Shown here piece after piece: positions 28,108-40,170 of a stretch of DNA of 64,000 nucleotides (positions are counted from its first letter, which is position 1; every line of letters starts with the position of its first letter). This DNA is from Pecten maximus (Eukaryota), in assembly GCF_902652985.1 (NCBI RefSeq), contig NC_047016.1, forward strand, positions 33,480,001 to 33,544,000, in the 5' to 3' direction. Under the pieces are notes generated by a model. It did not search any database and was not told the DNA's origin. It was given only the letters and a program-made list of their open reading frames with translations. Position numbers and translations under genes: made by a program.

Positions 28108-29649
28108 ATTACACAAACTGTGTTATGACCACACATATTATGACACCACATTACACAAACTGTGTTATGACCACACATATTATGACACCACATTGCACAA
28201 ACTGTGTTATGACCACACATATTATGACACCACATTACACAAACTGTGTTATGACCACTCATATTATGACACCACATTGCACAAACTGTGTTATGACCAC
28301 ATATATTATGACACCACATTGCACAAACTGTGTTATGACCACACATATTATGACACCACATTGCACAAACTGTGTTATGACCACACATATTATGACACCA
28401 CATTACACAAACTGTGTTATGACCACACATATAATGACACCACATTACACAAACTGTGTTATGACCACACATATATGACACCACATTACACAAACTGTGT
28501 TATGACCACACATATTATGACACCACATTACACAAACTGTGTTATGACCACACATTATGACACCACATTACACAAACTGTGTTATGACCACACATATTAT
28601 GACACCACAATGCACAAACTGTGTTATGACCACACATATTATGACACCACATTGCACAAACTGTGTTATGACCACACATATTATGACACCACATTGCACA
28701 AACTGTGTTATGACCACACATATTATGACACCACATTGCACAAACTGTGTTATGACCACACATATTATGACACCACATTGCACAAACTGTGTTATGACCA
28801 CACATATAATGACAACACATTACACAAACCGTGGTATGACCACACATATAATGACAACACATTACACAAACCGTGGTATGACCACACATATAATGACATC
28901 CATTACACAAACCGTGTTATGATCACACATATTATGACAACACATTACACAAACCGTGTTATGACCACACATATAATGACAACACAATACACAAACCGTG
29001 GTATGACCACACATATAATGACATCCATTACACAAACCGTGTTATGATCACACATATAATGACAACACATTACACAAACCTTGGTATGACCACACATATA
29101 ATGACAACACATTACACAAACCGTGTTATGACCACACATATAATGACACCACATTAACCAAACCGTGTTATGACCACACATATAATGACAACACAATACA
29201 CAAACCGTGGTATGACCACACATATAATGACAACACATTACACAAACCTTGGTATGACCACACATATAATGACACCACATTAACCAAACCGTGTTATGAC
29301 CACACATATAATGACAACACAATACACAAACCGTGGTATGACCACACATATAATGACACCACATTAAACAAACCGTGTTATGACCACACATATAATGACA
29401 CCACATTAACCAAACCGTGTTATGACCACACATATAATGACAACACAATACACAAACCGTGGTATGACCACACATATAATGACAACACATTACACAAACC
29501 TTGGTATGACCACACATATAATGACAACACATTACACAAACCGTGATATGACCACACATATAATGACATCCATTACACAAACCGTGTTATGACCACACAT
29601 ATAATGACACCACATTACACAAACCGTGTTATGACCACACACATATAAT
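28108..29649. repeat. 42-bp minisatellite, ~36 units (CATTACACAAACTGTGTTATGACCACACATATTATGACACCA)
   Basis: Direct tandem repetition; the 14-aa periodicity in the spurious ORFs confirms the 42-nt period. Confidence 0.97.
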
Positions 29650-29795
29650 GGTAGCAGCGATGTTATTGAATATTGAATCATACTACCGTTTAAATTACTT
29701 TTTTCATTTCATCGACGCTCGGAAAATATAAAAACAAACATAGATTTTAGCCTCGTTATATATCTCTCATATAAAAGAATAACCCAATTAAGATA

Positions 29796-30201
29796 CGAGG
29801 GCTGGTTGATAAGTGTTGAGCCTGGTATTGGAGGATTTAAATTTTGCCGGACATAGTGCATTACTTTTCAACATAATCCCCATCAATATTTATATACTTC
29901 TGCTAGCGATGTTTAAGGGCCTCAATGCCACTTTTATAGAACTCCTTGGCTGTTCAGAAAGTCATCCACTGCATGTAAGGGTTAGGGTTAGGGTGCAGGA
30001 AATAGCTATTTTCCCTAACCAATTTTCTCCATTTTGCAAAAGCCGTTTGTCTTGTTTGCTGTAGAGTGCTTCCTCGTCGATATAAACTAGACCAGTCCTT
30101 GGGTACACGGCCTTATATAGAAAGATAATAGCAGGACTTAAAACTAACATCCTTGAGTACCTCCTTCAATACCGGGCTCACAACCTACCAATCAGTCCTG
30201 G
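29796..30201 (-). mobile_element. Internally deleted mariner element retaining TIRs and the transposase C-terminus
   Basis: TA-flanked imperfect ~40-bp TIRs (CGAGGGCTGGTTGATAAGTGTTGAGCCTGGTATTGGAGGA / TCCTTCAATACCGGGCTCACAACCTACCAATCAGTCCTGG). Minus strand ~29862-29945 reads EFYKSGIEALKHR*QKYINIDGDYVEK*, matching the mariner transposase C-terminal FY..GI..L..RW.KC....GDY motif. Confidence 0.8.
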
Positions 30202-30939
30202 TATGATATTCATTACAAGAACTCAAAGCAATTTTAAGAAAGGTGAATTTTCCCCTGTCTGATTGTACTACAAGGGTTCTCTTAACACGTTTTCTGCACC
30301 CATGAAACAGAATATGTCTTGGCAAAGACCAGCTACCCTTAGTAGTTAATTGATGTCAGGAAAGAAAACAATTTTTTTTATTTTTTTATTTATTTATTTA
30401 TTTATTATTATATTTTTTTTTTGAAAATTACAGGGATATAACAATTTATAACAATAAAATTTGCTAAAATGAAAAACTAACCTTTTTTATGTTTTATCCA
30501 CAAGATTGCAGTAACTGTGACTTCAATTTTGTTTTATCCACAATATAGCGGTAACTGACTTCAATTTTGCCATGACATTGCAGAGACTGAGAGTGAAGTA
30601 TCGGAGATGGATGGATTTTTTTCACCAAATAAATCTCAATTTAAGCATGTAGTTTCGGTATTTACTGTATGACCAAACCTAAAATTGCGTCGCTTACACC
30701 ATAACGGAAATAGTTATAAGTGATATGCCGGATACATTTTATACATAATTTGTACTGTCGAAACTGAATGTTTACTTCGAGTTAAGCAATGCCTTCGGGT
30801 TATCAAAGTTCAGATAACGAAGTTTGTCTGCTTAAATCTAGCCCAATCATCGCTTATCAAATCGGGATTAATCCAGATATATTGGAGGTGTTGTTTTAAA
30901 CATTATTTCAAAGCGTTTCTTTATTCGTTTAGTAAAAGG

Positions 30940-31525
30940 ACGACAACTCTTGGAGTCAATAACAATATTCTCACATAGTTATCGTTCTTCTTCTATTCAT
31001 GATTATTTACGGTATCAGATTTAGGTCATTGGACTAAGACCACAATTAGCTTCGCTATATGTTTCATTGTAACATTAAAATTCATAATAAATTCCCAAAA
31101 TCTCATATGCAACTTTCCATCTCACCTGGCCAAGACCAACATCTGAGAAGCAAAATATAAAAGTTTCAACCCAGCATGTTGGGCATTTTCTGGAGATAGC
31201 TGTCAAAATGTGTCACCAACGTGGATTATATACATCCGGGTCAGGGGTAGAGGTCAAATCAGGACTCATCACACAGGGTCCTGGAGCACATAATAAATGA
31301 TCTATATTATTATTTTACATCACAAAACCTAGATTGACATCTCTTCTATAAATTCACATTAAATTCATCAACAAAAATCAAGTTCAAAGAGGTATTTGAT
31401 TTGTTTTCCTGAAATACATACATTTTTGAGGGGACTTCATTCGTGGGGCCTGAACCCGGAAGTACTTAATTGTGGTCTCAGTCCTATTATTGCAACTGGT
31501 ACATATGTTTAAGAAAAAAGCTAAG
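30940..31525 (+). promoter_or_regulatory. Putative non-coding first exon of innexin copy 4, interrupted by a MITE
   Basis: The conserved block to TTAGGTCATT (31030) resumes at CTGGTACAT...AAAAAGCTAAG|GTGAG (31496-31530). Confidence 0.55.
31031..31484. mobile_element. MITE with 18-bp TIRs
   Basis: GGACTAAGACCACAATTA ... TAATTGTGGTCTCAGTCC (one mismatch). Absent from the paralogous site at ~23755. TSD ambiguous. Confidence 0.8.
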
Positions 31526-32960
31526 GTGAGCCATCGAACACTACCTGTATACGATGTATAAGCATGCATCTAATCTATAGTATATCCGAAGATATCACCA
31601 TAACATCAGCTAACAATATTACTGAACGTGTTAAAAGAACGCATGATACTATAAATAGTTACACAAGTGTCAAGCTGATAAGTGTACGTAGGACTGTGAG
31701 AGATGAAACCACCGACCCGAATACAGTACCCTCGGCAATGTGTTACTAACCTACATCACAACGTCAATTACATCCATGACAATCCCATAACAGCTATTAC
31801 AAATACTCTCTTTGGTTTTGGAAATAATAAGAATGACGTTGCCTACAATAATTATATTTCAACATACTGAAAACGGCCTGGTCATATACACGTAACATAT
31901 CGTTTTAAAACTTTCTGTCTTGAAGTTCGGTTATCGAAAGACGCATTTGTACGTGTTTTGAATACGAATATATCGAAATATGTCCGGAAATGGAATGATT
32001 TAATTTCAATTATGCAATTTATCATAGTTTTATCAATTACATTCATAAGAATTCCTGTATGGCAACAACTGTAAAGTTAAAATCAACTTTTTTCATTTGA
32101 CTAAAAATGCTAATCAAGTCATCAATGTCGATTATTTAATTTGAACAATAAGCAATCAATGAAACGATTAGATGTCAAGTAGAAAAACAGATTGTCGATC
32201 AAAGTATAATGTTCTCAGATAATAACTCGACAAACACCAATACTATAAGGATGAAAAGTACTGAAGATATATGATAGTAAACACTTCCTTTATACAGCTA
32301 GTACTTAAATCTTGCGAGAAGTAACGCTACGTAATTATAACATTACTGATACGAGATTATCTGATTGTGTTACATTTGGTCTATTTCGAGTTTTGTTTTT
32401 GATCGCCTGCGTCCTATCATCAACACTTCAGGCCCTTAATATTTTTCCCATCTTTAAGTTGTATTTTGTATTTCTAAATATGAATGCTACAATCTACTTA
32501 ATGTCATAGTTTCCTCAGGGTACAAAATAAATGTTTGAATTATACCTATTTACATCAATGTAAATTTTGTTAGGCCCTTAACATATCTGGCGAGTGGACG
32601 AAACAACTGTATGGTGAAGTTTAGATAATATTGGTTCTAATGTTTCTAACTCTTAATTTGTTTCAAAGGTGCTTATACAAATGTATATTGTGTCTTTTGT
32701 ATAATCATTTGAATACCTAATATGATAACACTGTCTGACAAAAAACCAAGGGAACTTTGTTTACCGTATCAAACATACCTTTCAAAATTTCATTTTACAT
32801 ATCGAAATTTGAAGTCAACCATAAAATAGCCGAGATGAAAAGATATATATGAAGAAAAACACACGAATCTGTTTTAGTGGCATGATAGCAGCAAAGAACA
32901 TACAAAATTACTGTAATTGTAATCTTGATCTATGAGTGAGTTATTTGTATAGATACAACC

Positions 32961-34533
32961 ATGGTTTGGCGTCCTTTTGTACGACATTCAAATCTCCGTC
33001 TAAATGACCAGTGTGGGAGACTCCACAGTACATGGACAGTGGGCATCCTTGTCCTGTTTGCGGTGTTGACGTTTCACATCCAGATTACCTACGAACCTGT
33101 AAGCTTCTGGACGACTGGAGAATATATAGAAACAATGAGCAAATATGTCCATCAAATATATTCCCGATACGGAACATACGGAAAAAGAAACAATAAAGTT
33201 CAAATGGCGATGGCTTCCTCTCATCCTCCTCGTACAGGCATTGCTGTTCAAACTTCCTGACATTGTCTTATCTGTAGGACAGGGCCTAGTGGGATTCAGG
33301 TTTACAAAGATCTCAGGACTTACAGAAGGGTACGAGTTCCTTAATATGGCTGATCGAGCCCAAATGGGGAGACAAGTTGGACGGTACCTGAAGAATTTGA
33401 TAGAATCAACTGTAATGAAAGGATGTCCATGAGGATGGCTGACCCTGCTCTTTCTGTTCACCAAACTTCTGTACTTCATCAATATCGTCACACAATTAGC
33501 TGTTATCGATGGAATTCTGATATCTGAAAACCAATCTTCCTTTGGGAAGCAAATAATTGATGACATTGTTGGCAATGAAACAGTCGAGTGGCGTTCTTTT
33601 GATGCTTTATTCAGCCGTGAAGTTTTGTGTGGTTTTTGGGTCAGACAATATCATAACGTGCGAAATTGGCAGGTGCAGTGTATCCTCAACAATATACCGT
33701 ACTACGAGACAATGCTGTGCTTCATTTGGCTGTGGTTCGTTGTAGTATCGGTTATAACTACGATCAGTGGAATGGTAGATTTCCTTACAGTTGCAGTGCC
33801 CGTCTTTCGGAAGCGGTAAGTCGAATGAATGCATTGCTTCAGAAGCCACGTTCTTTTAAATATAAGTTCATATCTGATATTTAGTAATGACTTGATAATG
33901 ATAACCAGTTGTTACAGGTATGCGGTCTTCAGTGTTATTGATTACCATTGAGAATTAGTGTGTTCTTTATATAGATAGTATTTCGCCATAATTCATTGCG
34001 ATATGGTACCTAATGTAATTTATCTTTTACGTGCTAACTGTATCATAAAGGCATGCTTCATGCTCTGTTACAGATATTCCAAGCGTTATTTGCACTTGTC
34101 AAATGAAATATCCCCATCTCCATCAGACAACAATATTGGCAGGTTTGCAGGATCAGAAATAACAGAGGACGGTGTGTTTATATTGAAAGCGATTGGGCAG
34201 GCATCTTCTGAACACCTGGTCAGGGACGTGGTCATCTATCTGTGGCATTCCACACATGATCAACACAGCTCTGTTCCTCAGGGACCACCTGAACACGGTG
34301 GTCCTCCACCGTACTTAACCCAGTGGTCGTGTGTACCAGGTCAGACTTACGGGCCAGGAGGGACATTAATATCTCCTCCTCCAACGGCTCATCAACAGGT
34401 CAGATACCGACCTCAGACAGGTACTGAGGCTGACCCACTGATGACCAACCAGCAAATGCAAAAATCAATGTTACACTTTCGAAGAGACAAAAAAGCTTGC
34501 TCCAAGCTAATGGGTAATCACAAATGTTGTTGA
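32961..34533 (+). pseudogene. Innexin pseudogene, copy 4 (exons 32961-33815 and 34074-34533)
   Basis: Deletion/frameshift in EL1 (~33170-33200), TGG>TGA nonsense at 33430-33432, both EL1 cysteines lost (VSFWT, QIYS). The frame downstream of the stop is otherwise intact and homologous. Confidence 0.88.
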
Positions 34534-37018
34534 TAATTATCAACATCATCTTTTTATCTATAAACAAAATACATTGCTTTGATACTAAGTCATTTTAACC
34601 AATAGAAGTCAATGTGTATTGTTGTTGTCAAGGTTGTATAAATGTGCTACAAGATCTATGTAACCAATTTATGAAAACATACACGTGATGAATCATTTAC
34701 AAGTACATAAGATATTCAATACCTTCTACCAAGGGCTAAATAACACAATGACTAAACAAAATACTCCATCAATAGGCACACTAATGATCAAAATAATTCT
34801 TAAGTAACAACCAACAAGGTACTATGTATAAAACGACAAACGTAAAAAGCAGTTGTGTGAATATCATGTACCAAGTGGTTCTCAGTTTCTCATACTGTTA
34901 TCTTATGTCAAAAGTATGTGAATAATAATAATCCTTAATAGTGTGTATTTGTATCGGTAGTCCTGAATGATGTATGTGACGGTTCACTATATAATATATG
35001 TAGGCCGAAGGGGTTAAATGGGAAAGATGATGATCGTCATTCTATATGCTAACGTATGTCCGAAGTGGGAAACCTTTCATTGTGATTCGAATATGGACAT
35101 CTTCTTTTGTTTCATATCAAATCTGACTCAGAAAATATGACGTGTTTACAAATTATTGCATTTATTTTAGTTATCAGGACTCCTAATTATATTCGAGCTG
35201 ATTCTCAAACATAGTCGTCATTTCTTCAAGCTTTTGTTATACCTTTTAAAACAATACAATCTATATGTTATATACTACAGTACACATAGTATATGATGAT
35301 AAAGTGATATTTTCCTGGTGTGATGTTATCAGGAGACGTATATGGTTTTTTTTTTTTTAAATATATAATTGCTTTACTAACAAGGTTGTATATGTAAATG
35401 AATGTTTTATATTTAATTTATAAAATTAAGTTTAGGTTTTACTTTTTAAAACTGAATTCCTTGTGTTTCTTTTCTTTCTGGAATCGTAGGAAATATACAG
35501 GGTTATATGTATAGTCAAGTAACGGAAAAATGTTTTTTTTTTTTTTTTATTGAAGATTATCCCGAAGAATATAAAACAAAAATATGTTATATTCGCAAAG
35601 AAAGATAAGAATAAAAGATTGTCTGTTAGCAAGGTTTGATAGTGGTATATCCGGCTCCGCTATCCACCTTAATGTGTATGTTTAACACTTTCTTAAAGAT
35701 GACAAAGTCACAATCATGGTTTTAGTTTGTTTCCATGCCCCCGTACAACTTAGGAACATATTCCTTCCGCCGTTTTTAGCAAGACGTTAAGGTCTACTTT
35801 TGAAAGAAAAGAGTGTTGAAATGTTAACTTCAAGCAATTGATATCACTTTGAGGTCGCATGTCTGGATAGGAATTAATTTTCTGAAACTAAATTACAATA
35901 TTTGGGACTTTTAATACAGGTTAGAGTTTTTCAGGATTAGTTTAGGATTGTTCATTGTTATGAAAAAGGCTTTAACGTTAAAATGCGTTTGTTTTGATGC
36001 ATAGAAACAGGTTTTAATTTTTAAGTTTTTTATTTTCACAAATTCTATTCAATCAAATTTCAAGGGGCTAATACCATCTAATTGAAATATAGCTGGTTCA
36101 GTATACTTTATTTATGATTCTTGATACGTTTTATTTACCTTGCTATATAGTTAAAAGTGACCACTTCCCCATCGGTTAATCAATGCATTTTGTTTTATTT
36201 GTTATAGATGTTGCTTTGCTATAAGTTTAATTATGGGTATTGTGTACTTTCAAAAGATTTCGCCTACGAATTTCATGAAGGAAATTCTCTAAATAGTGAT
36301 ATATTCGAATTTTGCAGAAAGCAAATAACAAATAAATGGTTTTACAATATTGTGTATGAATATTGATATGTTACATCCATTGCTTTATTATTGTAGAAAC
36401 ATTTTGATCATATAAGTTTCCTTTTATAAGTGTAATGTTAATCATTACACAAACTGTGTTATGACCACACATATAAGCAGAGCTGTGAGTGATATTGAAT
36501 TCTACAACTGTTTAAATTGTGCATCAAGACTACGGACGCAGAAGTCGATTGAAGATATTGGCCAGGATAGACTTCAAATCAGATAAAATGCTGGTCAACG
36601 AATGTTTGATAACTACGTTTGCTATCAAAAGAATACTGTATTTCAATTTCATACACCCAATTAAGATCCTTCATTAGAAGATGGGGTGTTTTTAATTCGA
36701 AGCAGTTTTAATAAAGGTGCAATTTCACCTGTTTGATGGTACTCTAGGGGTTACCTGTACACTATGACAAGCCAAGGTGCAATTAATTCACGAAGCAGCG
36801 TTGATCCAAATTATATAAGATGACGTATATCATAATGTAAGATAAATTGAAAACTATATAAGATATCTTATAACAGTTATCAGATATCATATCTTTTTAT
36901 AAGATATCTTGCATCTTATATGACATATCCTATACAATTCACTGATAAGATATAAAGAACGAGATCTGAATTTGAGATAAGGAACCCACCCCTCAGAACA
37001 TATGGCATAATCTATAAT

Positions 37019-37872
37019 ATGCTGTGCTTCATTTGGCTATGGTTTGTGGTGGTATCGGTTATAACTACGATCAGTGGAATAGTAGATTTCCTTACAGTTG
37101 CGGTGCCCGTCTTTCGGAAGCGGTAAGTCGAGTGAATACATTGCTTTAGAAATCACATGTCTTCATATAATTCCATGCCTGATACTAAGTTATAATCGGT
37201 AGCTAAAGGTATGCGGTTTTCAAAGTAATTATCATATTAATGATATTTTACCACGCCTTTATCAGAAAAAACCCCAAACCGATTTAATGTGTGTTTTTCA
37301 TGTAAATAATATTACAACAGAATTCCTTTCGATATGGTTGTTAGTGTCATTTATCATTTGCGTGCAAGCTGTATCATATAGGCACGGTTAAAGTTTTCAG
37401 CTACATCTATTTATCTAACACCATGTTACTAAATAGCGGAGAACATTATTACATGCTGCTGTCTAAGCCAATGTTTTTGTTGTGTTACAGATATTTCAAG
37501 CGTTATTTGCACTTGTCAAATGAAATATCCCCATCTCCATCAGACAACGATATTAGCCGATTTGCAGGATCAGAAATAACAGAGGACGGTGTGTTCATAT
37601 TGAAAGCGATTGGGGAGGCATCTTCTGAACACCTGGTCAGGGACGCGGTCATCTACCTGTGGCATTCCACACATGATCAACACAGCTCTGTTCCTCAGGG
37701 ACCACCAGAACACGGTGGTCCTCCACCGTACTTAACCCAGGGGCCGTATGTACCGGGTCAGACCTACGGGCCAGGAGGGACAGTAGTATCTCCTCCTCCA
37801 ACGGCTCCTCAACAGGTTAGATACCGACCTCAGACGGGTACTGAGGCTGTCCCTTTGATGCCCAATCCCTAA
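37019..37872 (+). pseudogene. 5'-truncated innexin fragment, copy 5 (TM4 37019-37122, intron, last exon 37491-37872)
   Basis: MLCFIWLWFVVVSVITTISGIVDFLTVAVPVFRKR plus GTAAG donor, near-identical to copy 4. No TM1-TM3 or first exon upstream. Confidence 0.85.
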
Positions 37873-38725
37873 ATGTAATTAGTATTTGATATAATATAGT
37901 GATCTACAAGACGTCAAAAATATATATAAAATACTAAATACATTACGATTCAGCTATATTTGTAACATTATTTTGCCATCGCTTGAAATGAACCCGGTGA
38001 AGCAAAGTTGTAACCTTGAAATTATGGATTTAATGGAATTTATTTCTAGTTATGTTTGACAAGAGCACAAGTTGTTGATAATCAGCTTGTGTCAGTAGGA
38101 CATTGTCATCATGTTGAGACAACCTAAATGTGTAAATGAAAACGCTTGTATTCATTGCAATCATGGTGTATGGTGCAGTTATGCTGTATACGAACAATTA
38201 GGCGATACATCAGAGGTTCCAATCTTGTATCAGTGCAATTTAACTATGGCTCCGTTATGTGTTCAATGCAATTAACAAAACCAAACTTATTCCATTTCAA
38301 CAAGTGAACATAGAATGATAGAGCGTACTAGTATTGCAATGATTTATTGCATTTTTGCCAGTGATATCAGAGCGAACATTTGTATTCACCTTATGGAAAC
38401 TTGCCGATCTTTCTAACCGAAGCGAAGATAATATTATCTACATTGGTTATTTTGCTGTATTTCTAAAATATTCAGAATAGTTTTTGACAAAATACTCACT
38501 TGACGTTAGCTATTCATGCACAGAATCTCCGATAACAGCAGAAAAAGCTTGAATTGCGTTGGTCCTTTCAAAATAGCGCCGTCAAGCTGACGTGGAGTAA
38601 CGTCACAAAGAGATGACGTCATGAATTATGTTACCGATTCTCGCACTTTTTGACACTGCTATTATTAGTTTTCCATGTTTTTTTATTTTGTTTTAAAGTA
38701 TATGAAATGCAATAAAAAGAAAAGT

Positions 38726-38862
38726 GAATGGCTTCCAGTTTAATATAACTCGTACGACAGAATATATGTTTTCACTCGTGCTTTGAAAATATCGATATTC
38801 TGTCATACTCGTGAAATACATGTACATGTTATATTAAACCGGAAACCATTCAATATCCTCTA
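38726..38862. repeat. Inverted-repeat (hairpin) segment of an interspersed repeat; related piece at ~5323-5400
   Basis: GAATGGCTTCCAGTTTAATATAAC ... GTTATATTAAACCGGAAACCATTC. Confidence 0.5.
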
Positions 38863-40170
38863 TGTTTATCGCGTGACTGCTGCATGAATGAAAGCTGTGA
38901 TATTCCATTATGTTTGCATGCATGTCTATGCAATACGTGTATCACTTCAGTTAAAATAGTAAGCAAAATAAAGTTCGATGATTGTCGAAATGCCCAATAG
39001 TTCCGTTGTCCCCATCCTACCTCTCATGCGAATTTGGCTCAACCCGGATTTGACCAAGATTTGTATGGCGGGTTTCGTCGATGAAGCGAAAGACGCTTAC
39101 TCTGCTTGAGCATCGTATTCTCTTCGGTTCTCCAAAAAAATATTCATTGATGTTTATATTTTTTTTTATCGATTTTGAATGGGAATTATGGTTTCGTTAT
39201 TGTGTCGGTATTTCTTATTGTTTTCATTATGTGCACACGTCTGTTGAAATATGTATAGATATGTATAATGCGAGTACAGGACTGCTGAGTGAAGTAAGCC
39301 TATGGTAGTTCAGTCATTTTTATTGGAGTTTGTTTTGACCAATATACATATTGTAAATACGTGTATCGCGTGTTTTCTAAACATACTTTTATATAATATA
39401 GGCCTACATGATATTCAAATAATCAACTATACTAGTTTATTGATGCGTTCATAGAATGTTATGATACATTTTTGTCAATATGTAATTACTTGTAACATAT
39501 CTAAAACTACATTTGTAAAGTTGTAACTTGATTTATAAAATTTCGCATTATGAAATAAAAATGTCTTTGGCTTTTGGCATGCTATATGTGTCCTTTACTT
39601 CATGAATTCTATTTGGCCTGCAAGAGCGGTTAGAGCAATTACGTGATAAGTAAAAATAAGTAACAAATCGTACGACCTTTCACATTTCAAGTGATCGTAA
39701 TCAAATTATTTACATAAAGAACAAACTAAATAGCATTCCACTCACTCAAGGACTTAATCAAAGTTTAATGTCCATACACACGGTATTAACTTGAATACAG
39801 GACCATATCATACAGTCCCATGATTAAAAAACAACAGAGGCAAAATGTGGTGATCCAAATAGGCAACTGTTTCCGGGGTTTGGCGCTAGATGCAGTGCCA
39901 TTGATTATATAATTTAGGAAGCTTAGTATGGCACAACCAACCTAAGACATAAAACAAGAATCGTAAGCACGAGTAGAACGAATAGTCATACCATGTCTAC
40001 ACTACTTCGACCATTTGTCAGAAATCGTCCGTCCGTCCGTCGTCCAAAGATATGTTATCGAAGCTAGTGGCGACGACATATGCAACACCAATAGCTGTAA
40101 AACTGTCGCCGCGGGAAGCCTTTGAAAATTCACAATAGGTTTTGATAAGATGTCAAAATCATCAAGGTCT

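Noticed and set aside
28080-29580. Long His/Cys/Thr-rich ORFs (up to 317 aa) on both strands
   Set aside because: Artefacts of the 42-bp minisatellite; frames are broken by indel units and there is no gene context.
28108-29649. CRISPR-like appearance of regular arrays (also 57903-59702)
   Set aside because: Head-to-tail repeats with no unique spacers, no cas genes, and eukaryotic context.
29976-29996. TTAGGG telomere-like repeats
   Set aside because: Only ~3 units, inside a transposon remnant; not a meaningful interstitial telomere.
33430-33432. In-frame TGA in innexin copy 4 as selenocysteine or readthrough
   Set aside because: It replaces a Trp (TGG), and the gene also has an upstream frameshift and lost cysteines; simple pseudogenisation explains it.
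12872-33849. Recurrent minus-strand ORFs overlapping innexins (13246, 19304, 25328, 33000)
   Set aside because: Antisense shadows, repeated only because the sense genes are duplicated.
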